The notes under the pieces were generated by a model, which saw only the letters and a program-made list of their open reading frames with translations, ran no database searches and was not told where the DNA came from. A DNA stretch of 63,991 nucleotides, counting the filler, from Barthelona sp. PAP020 (taxonomy: Eukaryota), in the NCBI GenBank assembly GCA_040182905.1. It is 11 parts of 11 records of this genome, joined end to end, with 100 filler letters (N's around TTAATTAATTAA, not from the genome) between each part and the next. Parts side by side here need not be neighbours in the genome. Positions count along the whole stretch, not along the records: positions 30,010 to 35,836 come from JARQWU010000577.1; positions 35,937 to 41,750 come from JARQWU010000578.1; positions 41,851 to 47,662 come from JARQWU010000579.1; 8 more parts are not named here. One strand, given 5' to 3'. This document shows, piece by piece, positions 32,030 through 42,414 of the stretch. A program made the position numbers and the translations under genes. Position 1 is the first letter of the stretch. Every line of letters starts with the position of its first letter.

Positions 32030-35000
32030 ATTGAAGTCTTGCAAGAACAGGATCGAGTCTCACATTTCATAATCATTCACTGGACAAAAGAAACAACACA
32101 AAACAAAATTTCACGTTAGACGAAAGGGCAAAATTAAAGGCTTTAATTTATATTTGCTAACTGGGGTTGGGGAAATTACTCCATGGTATCTTTGCTGTTT
32201 TGGTCAACCGATTCAGAATTCTTTGAGTCCATATCGTTCTGAATCGGTCTCACAGTAAATGACTTTGCCGCATAAAGTCTTACCATTTCGTCTGTTTTCC
32301 AACCACCAATAGCCTTTAAGTATTCGAGATCGCCACCTTGTCTTCCGAATCGACTTGTTTCGTCGGTAGCTACCTGAAATAATTCTCTTGCTCTCCCTCT
32401 TCTGAATGAGTGTAAGGTCAATGGGTAATCGAAGTTGTGATGTTTCGAAAACCTTCTCATAACCGTTGCAAGCTTGTCATTAATTTTTCTAATCTCTTCG
32501 TAGTTGTTTGTTAGTGCTAAAATCTTTTGATTTTCCAGGCGTTTGAGATATTTTCCAAATGTTGCGCTGATCTTACCGTTGTGTAGTGTCCGTAACAGTT
32601 CGTCTTTGAAAATCACTACTTCTTTCACAGATTTGACCTTTTGACAGTATATGAAAATGACCACTGTTTTCTTTCCTAATCTGTAAGAAATGTTTCCTCC
32701 CTCCAGATCTGACCTCCTGGAACATGTGAAGTATAAAGTAACGGCTGTCTCAATCATGTGTCTTTTAGTATCTTCGTCCTCATTGACTTCTTCTTGGATA
32801 TATTTTGATAGCATGAGAAGCTGTCTTTTTGTCATGGCTGTTCGAGGTATGTGCTCTTCAGCTTTTGGTGGTCTTAATCTTTTGTTTCGTTTCACAACCA
32901 TCCCATGCAAGCTTTCATAACCAGGACTTGGTGACCATCCCGCAGCTTTCCAAAAGAATGTCACACCTGTGTACATTCTAGCCAGTGTTTCTGTCTTCAT
33001 TCTGTATTTTCCATCTTCAGTCCTTTTGTCTCCTTCTTCCGTAATGAATTTGTGTAGTAATAATTCAGTAAATTGATCGATTCTGTCATGTTTGTCGTCT
33101 TTACCATTTTTTCTGCAGTAAGAAAGGAATCTTGTAAAGTATGCTTCGTATTGTCTCCATGTTGATTCAGCAACACTTTCTTTCATATTCTTAAATACGA
33201 ACGGATCCATCCAAGTACATAAATCTTCTTTCTCATCTTCTACCTCATCAGCTATAAATTCTCCATTGGTCGTACTTCCTTTGACTTCGATTCCTCTTCC
33301 ATTGTCAAACTTCTCCACCAAAGGATACCAAGCCGGATATGTATGTTTACTAACTCCTCTGACTGAAATGTTCTTTCCAAATCTTACAGCTCGCAACATC
33401 AAATCAAGTACCATATTTTCTTCTGTTTCCTTGTAGTAAAGCTTATCTCCAATCTTTGTTGTAGCTGTGTAAAACAGAATGGAATCGTATCCTATAGTCG
33501 CAAAATCGTTATCATTGGCTAGTGGATCTTTTCCGATTTCTGGCAATGTTTCTTCAGTAGGATCTTCTTTTACCTCTGCTACTTCCTTCCATAAATCTTC
33601 AGTTATCATTTGAGGAAATTCTCCAGTTCTGATTCTTTCCCTGTCTACCAATCTTCGAATAGTCTTTGATTTTCCTTGTAAACTTCTTCCGGTTCGATTC
33701 TTAAATGTCTTACATTTTCTCAAAGACGTAAATGAGGGATAAGCGTAATCTGGGATAACAAACTCATCTGGACATAAAGTAATGTCTGAGAAAACTCCTC
33801 TATTGGGAAGAGTTATCGTCTGGTTCCTCGATAGCAAATCTGCAAACGTGTTTCTTTCTGTAGGAATCCATATCGGGTATATGTGACAGTTTAGTTTCTC
33901 ACACATTGCCCAAACATCTCTAGCAATTTCTTGCAGTTCAGCTGAACCACTCTTTTGTTTCCTAAAAGCAGCCAAAGCGTTCTGATTGTCCACAAGCCAA
34001 GCCCAACACGCGTCTTTGGCGTTAGTTTTCATATGTGTTAAGGCTTCTTTGAGAGCTATCATTTCTAAAGCTGCAATATTGTTGGGTAACCCTTTGTTTT
34101 TTGTACTTTTCTGCAAGCTTTTAACAACCTGACTAGTTTCTAAAACTGCACCTAACCCTTTTAGTGATGCATCTGTTGCTATCACTCCAGTAACCACACG
34201 TGGTGATAAATTTCCATCAATTCTCACCTCTAATAGATGGCGAATCTTATCTGTAAGATGTTTTGTTTGTCCTAGTTTCACTTTACCAAAAAACTTAGCT
34301 AGTTCTTTCATATCACTACATCCTAAATAATGCTTTTTGTGATGTATTGCGTTTCCTAGTTCTAAGCTCATACTTCGGTATCTTTGTGAAACTATTGAAG
34401 CTGATTGAAGTTTTCCTTGTAGTGATAATGCTTCTTCGATCGTAATTTCTTCAGTACATAAGTCCAGCATCTTTTTTCTCTTATCCATTGGCAACCAAAT
34501 CTTCTTATCTTTTGTATTGATTTTAAATCCTAAATATTCTACTTCTGTGGTAGGATTTTGAATTTTTGAGGTTTTTACTTTAAAACCAACGTATTTTAGT
34601 ATGAGCAAAACTTTTTCCAAATTCTCTTTGCATTCCTCCAATGATTCTCCTCCAATTAGAAGATCATCAACATACTGTAGAACAAAAATTCCTGATGCTC
34701 TTGCAAATTCAACTGGGACCTGAAGTGCCAACGAGAACAATTGCGCTGAAATTGATGAACCAAAAGGCAACTTAACAGCTCCATATTCCTTTCCTTTTAC
34801 GTTAACAACCGTATTTTCTAGCCATTCAGGGCTTAATGGAATATGGGTGTACCCGCTCTCAATATCAATAACTGCTGCGTATTTTGGAATGAGAGGGAAG
34901 TATCTACCTACATTGATTTCATGAGGCCAAATTTCTGAGACTGCATTAAGAGGAGTTGTATCTAGGATGGGTCTAACAGTTCCGTCTTTCTTTAGCACAG

Positions 35001-35836
35001 CACCCAGTCCCGCTTCTCTTTTTTTCTCCCCCTTAAAAGGTTTTAAAACACCTTCTTTTATCCATTGCTGGAGAACTTCTTCTGTTTTTTCCCCAGCCCA
35101 ATTTTTAACCCCTTTTATTATGCCCGTTTCGTCCAACAAGGTTGGTGCACCATTAACCACCTTTTCCAACGACTCTATTTCTTTTTCGTCGTACTTCAGG
35201 TGCAGAGCCAAGTTCTTAAAGCCTTCAGGATTCCATTCTCCTTTTGCTTTGGCAATTTCATTCCAGATTGTATCTGGGCTTTTGACATCATCAACCATTT
35301 GAATCTTTTCTTTTGTTTTTTCCAATAATGGTTGAGTTACTTGGTTCTCTTTCTCCTTTTCTTTCTTCTTCTTTTGAGCTTTCCAATCTCTGGTGAAAGC
35401 TTTCCTCAATCTTTTTATTTCGTTCTTTTCCCGGCAAAGACGAGTGTTTTCTTTCAATAATTTTTGAATTGTCCTCTCTCCAGAGGGCCGGGAAAAATAA
35501 ACGGAATCTTTTTTTTGATTGAGTGCTGGATATGGCACCGTAACTCCATGATCCTTTCTCAAATCACGAGCGAATGTTTTTAATTCGTCGTTCCACATTT
35601 CGAGTGTTTCAAACTCCTTTGTTGTTTCTAAGAGAATTGGGATGATTTCATTCATATTAATTCCTTCAATATTGGCAGCTTTTAAAAAATCTCCAATAAA
35701 AAGCATGATCGGAATATAAACATTAGCCTTTTTGAAAAGAAATTTCCCCTCATCGAAATTTCGGTCGGGTTTTCTAAATTGAACCCAACCAAAAATTTCC
35801 TTCATCCATTTTTGATGTCGAACCAACTTCTTGAGT
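32030..35836 (-). mobile_element. Tyrosine-recombinase (DIRS-order) retrotransposon, 5' truncated; 3' boundary approximate
   Basis: Encodes RT, RNase H and tyrosine recombinase; visibly less AT-rich than its flanks. Confidence 0.9.
32176..35835 (-). CDS. Polyprotein: RT + RNase H + possible degenerate methyltransferase + SAM-like domain + tyrosine recombinase
   Basis: DIESGYTHI, LPFG, YVDD (34663-34674), YLG; TDAS, LEMIAL, VDN, ADLLSR; STWRQY; catalytic R (CSRRSDL), HSFRRG, GGWK...RLY; frame is open to the contig edge. Confidence 0.92.
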   Translation of the reverse strand, partial: LKKLVRHQKWMKEIFGWVQFRKPDRNFDEGKFLFKKANVYIPIMLFIGDFLKAANIEGINMNEIIPILLETTKEFETLEMWNDELKTFARDLRKDHGVTVPYPALNQKKDSVYFSRPSGERTIQKLLKENTRLCREKNEIKRLRKAFTRDWKAQKKKKEKEKENQVTQPLLEKTKEKIQMVDDVKSPDTIWNEIAKAKGEWNPEGFKNLALHLKYDEKEIESLEKVVNGAPTLLDETGIIKGVKNWAGEKTEEVLQQWIKEGVLKPFKGEKKREAGLGAVLKKDGTVRPILDTTPLNAVSEIWPHEINVGRYFPLIPKYAAVIDIESGYTHIPLSPEWLENTVVNVKGKEYGAVKLPFGSSISAQLFSLALQVPVEFARASGIFVLQYVDDLLIGGESLEECKENLEKVLLILKYVGFKVKTSKIQNPTTEVEYLGFKINTKDKKIWLPMDKRKKMLDLCTEEITIEEALSLQGKLQSASIVSQRYRSMSLELGNAIHHKKHYLGCSDMKELAKFFGKVKLGQTKHLTDKIRHLLEVRIDGNLSPRVVTGVIATDASLKGLGAVLETSQVVKSLQKSTKNKGLPNNIAALEMIALKEALTHMKTNAKDACWAWLVDNQNALAAFRKQKSGSAELQEIARDVWAMCEKLNCHIYPIWIPTERNTFADLLSRNQTITLPNRGVFSDITLCPDEFVIPDYAYPSFTSLRKCKTFKNRTGRSLQGKSKTIRRLVDRERIRTGEFPQMITEDLWKEVAEVKEDPTEETLPEIGKDPLANDNDFATIGYDSILFYTATTKIGDKLYYKETEENMVLDLMLRAVRFGKNISVRGVSKHTYPAWYPLVEKFDNGRGIEVKGSTTNGEFIADEVEDEKEDLCTWMDPFVFKNMKESVAESTWRQYEAYFTRFLSYCRKNGKDDKHDRIDQFTELLLHKFITEEGDKRTEDGKYRMKTETLARMYTGVTFFWKAAGWSPSPGYESLHGMVVKRNKRLRPPKAEEHIPRTAMTKRQLLMLSKYIQEEVNEDEDTKRHMIETAVTLYFTCSRRSDLEGGNISYRLGKKTVVIFIYCQKVKSVKEVVIFKDELLRTLHNGKISATFGKYLKRLENQKILALTNNYEEIRKINDKLATVMRRFSKHHNFDYPLTLHSFRRGRARELFQVATDETSRFGRQGGDLEYLKAIGGWKTDEMVRLYAAKSFTVRPIQNDMDSKNSESVDQNSKDTME

Positions 35837-36405
35837 NNNNNNNNNNNNNNNNNNNNNNNNNNNNNNNNNNNNNNNNNNNNTTAATTAATTAANNNNNNNN
35901 NNNNNNNNNNNNNNNNNNNNNNNNNNNNNNNNNNNNATTGTCAAAGCAAAAAATGTTCAGGAATTGGAAGATTTTGAATCTCAAATTGCAACAATGATTC
36001 AAAAGTTGGAGGAATTAAAGATCTTTGTTTAACTCAGCTGATATGTTTTTTTAAAGAAAAGATTGTGCTTTCACTTTACAAATCATAAAAAATTTGTGTT
36101 ATGTTTCTTTTTTTTTTTTGCAATTCAAGAAAATTTAAAAGTTAAAAGAATAAATTTCTTCCAATATATTTAGAACCCTATATTGTCAAATACAATCTTT
36201 TCACAAATTTAGAAATATTTCTAAAAACATTGTTTATTTATCATAACCAAATAAAAGAAGCATCCAAGTGTTTTGAGGGAAATATTAAACTAAATATAGT
36301 GTTTTGTAAAAAAAAGGGGTCTTCAACTTTTTTTTTTTGTTTCATTTAGATTGTAATATTCTTACTTTATACAGTGTAAGATTGAAAGAAACATATTGAA
36401 CAAAA

Positions 36406-39400
36406 ATGACAAACACCAATCTATCAGTTGATTCAAAAATTCTGGAACAACAGCGATTAACCGAAGAATTTATTGAGCAAACTAAAAAGAGTGCAAAAAT
36501 TATTGAAAATTCACGAAAAGAAATAATAAAGATAAATAATAAATGCGAAATTTTACAAGATACTTTGGATAAGAATGTTCAAATATTTCAAAGGGTTGAA
36601 TATGCAAATTATCAAAAAATAGCTCAAGGCAGAAAAAATGTCACCAAACTGAAAATTTTGGTCAAACAAATTGAAGATATTGCTGACAATTTGGCTGAAA
36701 TTAGTGTTAAAACGGACGAATATAGTGATGAAGTTCATACGGACTTTACTAATATCAATAAAAGTTTTGAGATTTTATCTATCTCTTCAGAAAAGGCGGT
36801 TAAAATTGTTAGTGATCATGTAAGTTCTGCAATAGCAAAAAGTATTAGAAATTATTCGACTGCAGTTGGTGATTATCCTGCTGGAGGACAAAATATATTT
36901 CATTTTGTACAAAATTTACAAAACAGAAAGATTGATGGTTTAAAATTTAATGACCACAGAGAGTTAATGAATTTTGAATTGAACCAAAATCAATTTGGAT
37001 TTAATTTAAAAATTCAGGGTTTTGAAACTACTCCTGATGCTAAACACATACGTAATGTTACTTTAGATCGTATAGTTCCATTATTTAATGATTTTTTTGC
37101 TTATTTACAAAATGATATTCCAATTATTCAAGCCGCCGAAAGTGACCCAAAATTAGCTGAGGATGTTTTCAAAATTGTCGTCAAATCTTTTCATTTTGAT
37201 ATGGAGTTTAAATTGTGGGTTTTTCATTATTTTGACATATATTGTCTTTTACAAAGATTGAGAAATGAAAACTTAACGTCTGCAGGTGTTACGAGTTCAT
37301 TAAATCGGGCTGATCAGAGAGAAGAATTTCTATCAAAATATTTGTTCAATTTGGAATGCTTATTGAATGCTTCACAAAAAATATTTCCTGCTAATATTTT
37401 ACCTCATTTTATTAATAAGTTGAATCAATCAGTTATTACTGATTTAGACAGCCTATTGATGAATGTCATTGATGGAATGAACGATACAGAAGAATTTTAT
37501 CGTAAAGAAATGATCTCTGCCTTGAAACCTACTTTTAAAAAGATTGAAAATACACTAATGTCAATTATTAAGAGTATTTTTTTGTATATCAGTAGAGTTA
37601 TACCTGATGTCCCACCAAAAGATATATGTATTGAAGTGAGTGATGAAATTGAAACATTTATCAAGACGTTACATTCAAATTTGACGAAATGTTTGGTTTT
37701 ACCCAGTAATGATCACAAAATTATTTTATCAAATGTTGAATGGCCTCTGTCTAATCCTGAGAAACGGATTGTAATCACTGTATATCAAACTGTTCAAAGC
37801 AGAATAACCGAAATTGCCGGAAAGATAAGGATGCCTTTAGTATCAATTATTGAAAAGGAAAGAAGATCAAATACCTTTTTGTCTTCCTATTTGATTCCCA
37901 AATATCCTCTAATTGCCAGTTATAACTTTTTACAAGATGAAATTGTTGAAAATATCAAGCAAATTTTAAAAGCTGTAAAAAGTAGTTGTGATATTGAAGA
38001 AAATTTAAGAAATACATATATATCTAGAATTCAAGAATTGTTTACTATTTGGGAGAATCGTATCTATGTTGAAAATGTTGGTAAAAAATTGGATTTTTAT
38101 CAAATTAGTTCAAATATTCGAACATTTGCAACAACTTTCAAATTTTTTAAAAGTTGTTTAGATAAGTTATCCAAATCTAATGTTAGATTTGATGAAATTC
38201 ATGAAATTAATTCACCCAATTCTATTTTTTGGTTGATTTGTCAGTCTTTCCTTTTTAATCAAATGCAAATATACGAAGTGATTGTTTTTAATACCATTTC
38301 TTCATTTATTTTAACTGATTCATCATATTTATTGACTCCTGAATTTAATTTTCAAACAAACGATTTTTCAAATGCTGTACCAGAAACAACTGAAAAATAT
38401 CGTAGAGAACAATTGAAAAAGATTATTTCAAAGTTAGGATTAACTTGGAATAAATTCAACAGTCAATTGCTTCAAAGAAAATCAAAAATGTTATGGAAAA
38501 AAGTTTTATTTGCTGGAAGAAATGACAGAAAGATACTTTATCAAAATGATTTATTATTACATGTTACTGAAATGTTAGATCAGTTGGTGAATGCATTAGA
38601 ATGGAAACATCCATCTGTATTTCAAGGTCATTCATTAGCTTTTACAGAAATATTGGAATTTTACACATTAACAGCTATATCTGCTCAATTCTTTTTGGAA
38701 TTTTATTTAAAATCAATGTTGGAATTGATACTTTATCAAACGTTTAAAAATCGGTTTGATTTATTTCATTTGGAACAACCTGTGAGATTGTCAACGCTTT
38801 TTAATTTCATCAATATATGTATGGGATTAATGGACAGGAAAAACAGTATGGAATTGCATAAAATGATTGAAAAATCAATTCCAGTTAATTTAGGTTCCGC
38901 AAATACAAAGAATGCTTGTATTAGACCAAAGATTGCTTTACATGAAACTTGTAAATTTTGTTTATATGCTGCAAAACAATTAGCAAGCCAACAATTGGTG
39001 CAAATTTATTTGGATGTTATCAGAATTGGTTGGGAAAATGCTGATATTGGTTTATGTGCACAATATTTAAATAAAGAAGAAGTAGAAAGATCAAATATTA
39101 ATATTTACAAAACTTTTGAAATTTTTGATTTGGATCATTTGAATAGAAGTGAAGAGATTTCCATTATTGAAAGTGATAAGTTGTTTTTGCCAAGGACTGA
39201 TCGATTGTCAGAAGTGATTTTGATTTGGGCTGAATTGATACAATCACAAGAATCAAAGATTGATTTTAAAGATTTGAGTGAGATTTTTAGCAGAGTTTGT
39301 GAATTTATGGTAAGTTTATTATTTCAATGGATATGTTGTTTGGCAAACTTGAATTTGTTATATTGTTTTTCAGATTCTAAATATTTGATTGTATTTTTTG

Positions 39401-40626
39401 ATATGATAGAAAAGATTATTGAATTATTTGTAGTGAAGAAGTTTATATCTGCTGAAATTAAAAACGATATCAGACTTATTAAATCATTCATACACAATAT
39501 GTATAATAATCAACAGGCTAATGGAATTCAAACGGTAAATTTTTTGAGTGAATTAATTTTCAAAGGTTTCATATCAAAAGAATTCTTTCATTATTTACCA
39601 AAACTTTTCAATTTTAATATTGATGAAAATTACACTCACAATGTTGAAAATATCATTCAAAAAAATTTTGAAAAAAGTTTTGTTCCAATTAATAACAAAT
39701 TTTTGAATTTTGATCCAAAAAAATTGAAATTTTCAAATTTTATTGATTTTTTCAATTACTTGAGTAACATTTTCTTTGAAATTAAGTCAAATACTACTGG
39801 TTTAAATAATTTCTTTGACAATTATTTGTACAATATTAACAATAATTCACCAAAAGAATTCTTCAAGGATAATGAAACTGACAATTTTTCATTAACTGAG
39901 TTGGATCGTGAAAGTTGTTTAAATATGGGCAATAGAAATTTATTGATACATATCAACCGAAGTATGAATGAAAGAATTAGATTGGGACCTTTTATGAGTC
40001 CCAGTTGTTGGAAGGTTACTCCATATTTTTATTTTTATCAGAATTTGTTAGCTGGTAAAAAAGTTGACAATAAATTTGGTTTTATAATCAGTGAAATTAT
40101 TATTAATGCTTTAGTATCATCTATACCTGTGTGGAATGATGCAAAAATCAAAAGTATTTTAAATTTTATTCATCAACCTCAAAATATTATCAGCAAAGAT
40201 TTTGCTACATTTAATAGTTATCAAAGATCTGATGAAAAAATTGCTAAATTATTAAGAGGTGAGTCTTTGAGTGAAAATGATGTTTTTGACGAAAATGATA
40301 AAGCCAGAATTAGACAACAAATGACTGCTTTTGTTAAAGTAATTGCAAGTACAATTATTGATGAAGTTGAAGAAAAGAAAAAGAAAAGTAATGATAAAGT
40401 TAAAGACGATTTCTTCAGTAAATTATTTTCTGGTGCTAAGAAAATATTAAAACAAGATGAATCAATATTCAGTTTATTAGAAGAAAAAATTGAGGAAATT
40501 CCTTTATTTGTTTTTGATATTCCTGTTATCTATTCTTTTTTTAGTGTTTTTGTGGATAAATACAAAAATATGTGCAATGCTTACAATATCAACAGTCAAA
40601 TACTTGATAACATCATGATGTTGTGA
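36406..40626 (+). CDS. Large helical protein with N-terminal coiled coil; possibly a CATCHR-type (exocyst Sec10-like) tethering subunit
   Basis: 1406-codon ORF; family guess rests only on overall architecture. Confidence 0.6.
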   Translation: MTNTNLSVDSKILEQQRLTEEFIEQTKKSAKIIENSRKEIIKINNKCEILQDTLDKNVQIFQRVEYANYQKIAQGRKNVTKLKILVKQIEDIADNLAEISVKTDEYSDEVHTDFTNINKSFEILSISSEKAVKIVSDHVSSAIAKSIRNYSTAVGDYPAGGQNIFHFVQNLQNRKIDGLKFNDHRELMNFELNQNQFGFNLKIQGFETTPDAKHIRNVTLDRIVPLFNDFFAYLQNDIPIIQAAESDPKLAEDVFKIVVKSFHFDMEFKLWVFHYFDIYCLLQRLRNENLTSAGVTSSLNRADQREEFLSKYLFNLECLLNASQKIFPANILPHFINKLNQSVITDLDSLLMNVIDGMNDTEEFYRKEMISALKPTFKKIENTLMSIIKSIFLYISRVIPDVPPKDICIEVSDEIETFIKTLHSNLTKCLVLPSNDHKIILSNVEWPLSNPEKRIVITVYQTVQSRITEIAGKIRMPLVSIIEKERRSNTFLSSYLIPKYPLIASYNFLQDEIVENIKQILKAVKSSCDIEENLRNTYISRIQELFTIWENRIYVENVGKKLDFYQISSNIRTFATTFKFFKSCLDKLSKSNVRFDEIHEINSPNSIFWLICQSFLFNQMQIYEVIVFNTISSFILTDSSYLLTPEFNFQTNDFSNAVPETTEKYRREQLKKIISKLGLTWNKFNSQLLQRKSKMLWKKVLFAGRNDRKILYQNDLLLHVTEMLDQLVNALEWKHPSVFQGHSLAFTEILEFYTLTAISAQFFLEFYLKSMLELILYQTFKNRFDLFHLEQPVRLSTLFNFINICMGLMDRKNSMELHKMIEKSIPVNLGSANTKNACIRPKIALHETCKFCLYAAKQLASQQLVQIYLDVIRIGWENADIGLCAQYLNKEEVERSNINIYKTFEIFDLDHLNRSEEISIIESDKLFLPRTDRLSEVILIWAELIQSQESKIDFKDLSEIFSRVCEFMVSLLFQWICCLANLNLLYCFSDSKYLIVFFDMIEKIIELFVVKKFISAEIKNDIRLIKSFIHNMYNNQQANGIQTVNFLSELIFKGFISKEFFHYLPKLFNFNIDENYTHNVENIIQKNFEKSFVPINNKFLNFDPKKLKFSNFIDFFNYLSNIFFEIKSNTTGLNNFFDNYLYNINNNSPKEFFKDNETDNFSLTELDRESCLNMGNRNLLIHINRSMNERIRLGPFMSPSCWKVTPYFYFYQNLLAGKKVDNKFGFIISEIIINALVSSIPVWNDAKIKSILNFIHQPQNIISKDFATFNSYQRSDEKIAKLLRGESLSENDVFDENDKARIRQQMTAFVKVIASTIIDEVEEKKKKSNDKVKDDFFSKLFSGAKKILKQDESIFSLLEEKIEEIPLFVFDIPVIYSFFSVFVDKYKNMCNAYNINSQILDNIMML

Positions 40627-41432
40627 TGTATTATTTCAAAGAATTTACATTTTCTATGAGGATTTAATACAAAACAAACACAATGCTATTTTTTCTTGGA
40701 CCAATGCAAAATTGCTTTATTGAAGTTTATGTGTTTGTGTATTGTAACAAAAGGCCAAATGCACGAGTTAAAAGCTAAAAATCTAGAATAGTTTTGCAAT
40801 CATTGATAAAATAAAAAATTGTTATTTTTTTTGGATCTGAGAATGGTCACATTCAAAATGGTAAGTCACACCTCTCCTTCATCTCACCTTTTTTCAAATA
40901 TTTGATGAGTCCTAGGCTCAATATGTGTTTTGGCTTGATATTCAAAGAGGACAAATTGAGTTATCTTTCGGGGATTTTGAAGGGAAGAACCGGAGATTTT
41001 ATCAACTGTGAGCTTCTGCAAAATTTGTGTTGTTACGGAAAATGTCAACGATGTGCAGGCAAGAGGAGTAATCACAAAAATCATGCATGTTAAGATGAAA
41101 TCTCTTCAAAGTTATATAAATCACCAAATATTTGTAATTGAAGAGATATAATGTGGATTACAATAGGTGGAGGGAGTTAGTTTATGTTGGCTACTGCCCA
41201 TTCTATGAATCTGAGGAAAGTCCAGCAGCTAATTTCTGTCAATTAGAAGTTTAGATGACCTAAAAACTTCAAATTCTGCTTTGGTGTGGTTAGTTTTCAT
41301 TCTTTGAACCTAGAATTGAATGAAGATCTTTATAGGCTTGTTGTTTGGCTGTATAAAGAAGGTTTTAATGACCATTAGTTAATTTGAACTGTTCTTCATT
41401 TTGAACTAACATACATAACTCTTCAAATTCAA

Positions 41433-41750
41433 TTATTTCTAAGTCAAAAGCACTATGCGTATAAATGAATAAAGAAGAATGGTGTTTATTGGGTTAAGGG
41501 CTTTCGAGGTCTGATTGATCTGTTGAAATACTTTGGGTTTTTTGAAGTAAAATTTAAACTTTGAAATTTTGCTTTTTCTGAATACAAAAGAATGGGAATG
41601 AAGAATTCCTCCGAAATTCTCACACTTGATCGTTCCAATTACATCTCAGTCCCTCAATTCCCCTCCTGGGATTTTGACTGAAATTTGCTAGAATGAGTTT
41701 TCTGAGTTTACTTTCTTTGTAAATAAATATAGTTGTTTCACAACTGGACC
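41433..41750 (+). repeat. Dispersed repeat, copy C (runs to contig end)
   Basis: Aligns with 31399-31709 and 20017-20138. Confidence 0.85.
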
Positions 41751-42414
41751 NNNNNNNNNNNNNNNNNNNNNNNNNNNNNNNNNNNNNNNNNNNNTTAATT
41801 AATTAANNNNNNNNNNNNNNNNNNNNNNNNNNNNNNNNNNNNNNNNNNNNTTGTTTTGGATGGCAAAAGATTAATAGGTTTAAGCAGTTTTCATTGTGAA
41901 CCGTATCTGTTCAATGGCTCCCCATATTATACAAATATAGCGTCATTTTGTCCATAATGAATGTGTTTCTTCTGCTATCAATCTTCATTTTTGTTGATAT
42001 TCCCAACATTTGAATATTCTTTTCCATTTATAGCTCGCAAGCTAGTGTTAAAATTTTTCATCAAATTCATTTGATTACGCTCCAATGATTCCATTCATTG
42101 CATTTTTTTTTTCTCTCTTTTTTGGGAAACTGTTTGTAATTTGTTGTGTCTAAATAAAATAGAAGAAATAATTACTTTTTGACAATACAGATCCCATTTG
42201 TTGATAAATGATTTAGTTTTTTTTTTGTTCACTTTTTAAGTCATTCTGATCAAAAATAAGTTTCTGAGTGTTGTCGTGTGAAACTCTTTGTTCAATTGAA
42301 AGAAACATCTTTTCTTTCTGTTATTTATGAATTGATAAGCCACAAAAAAAAAAAAAAATACATATTTACATTATCAGTTGCAAAATCTAATTTAATAAAG
42401 GAAATACAATTGCC

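Noticed and set aside
40884..41093. Small Cys-rich ORFs, and the many 60-140 aa ORFs overlapping larger genes
   Set aside because: No motifs, mostly non-ATG starts, and antisense or out of frame to well-supported genes
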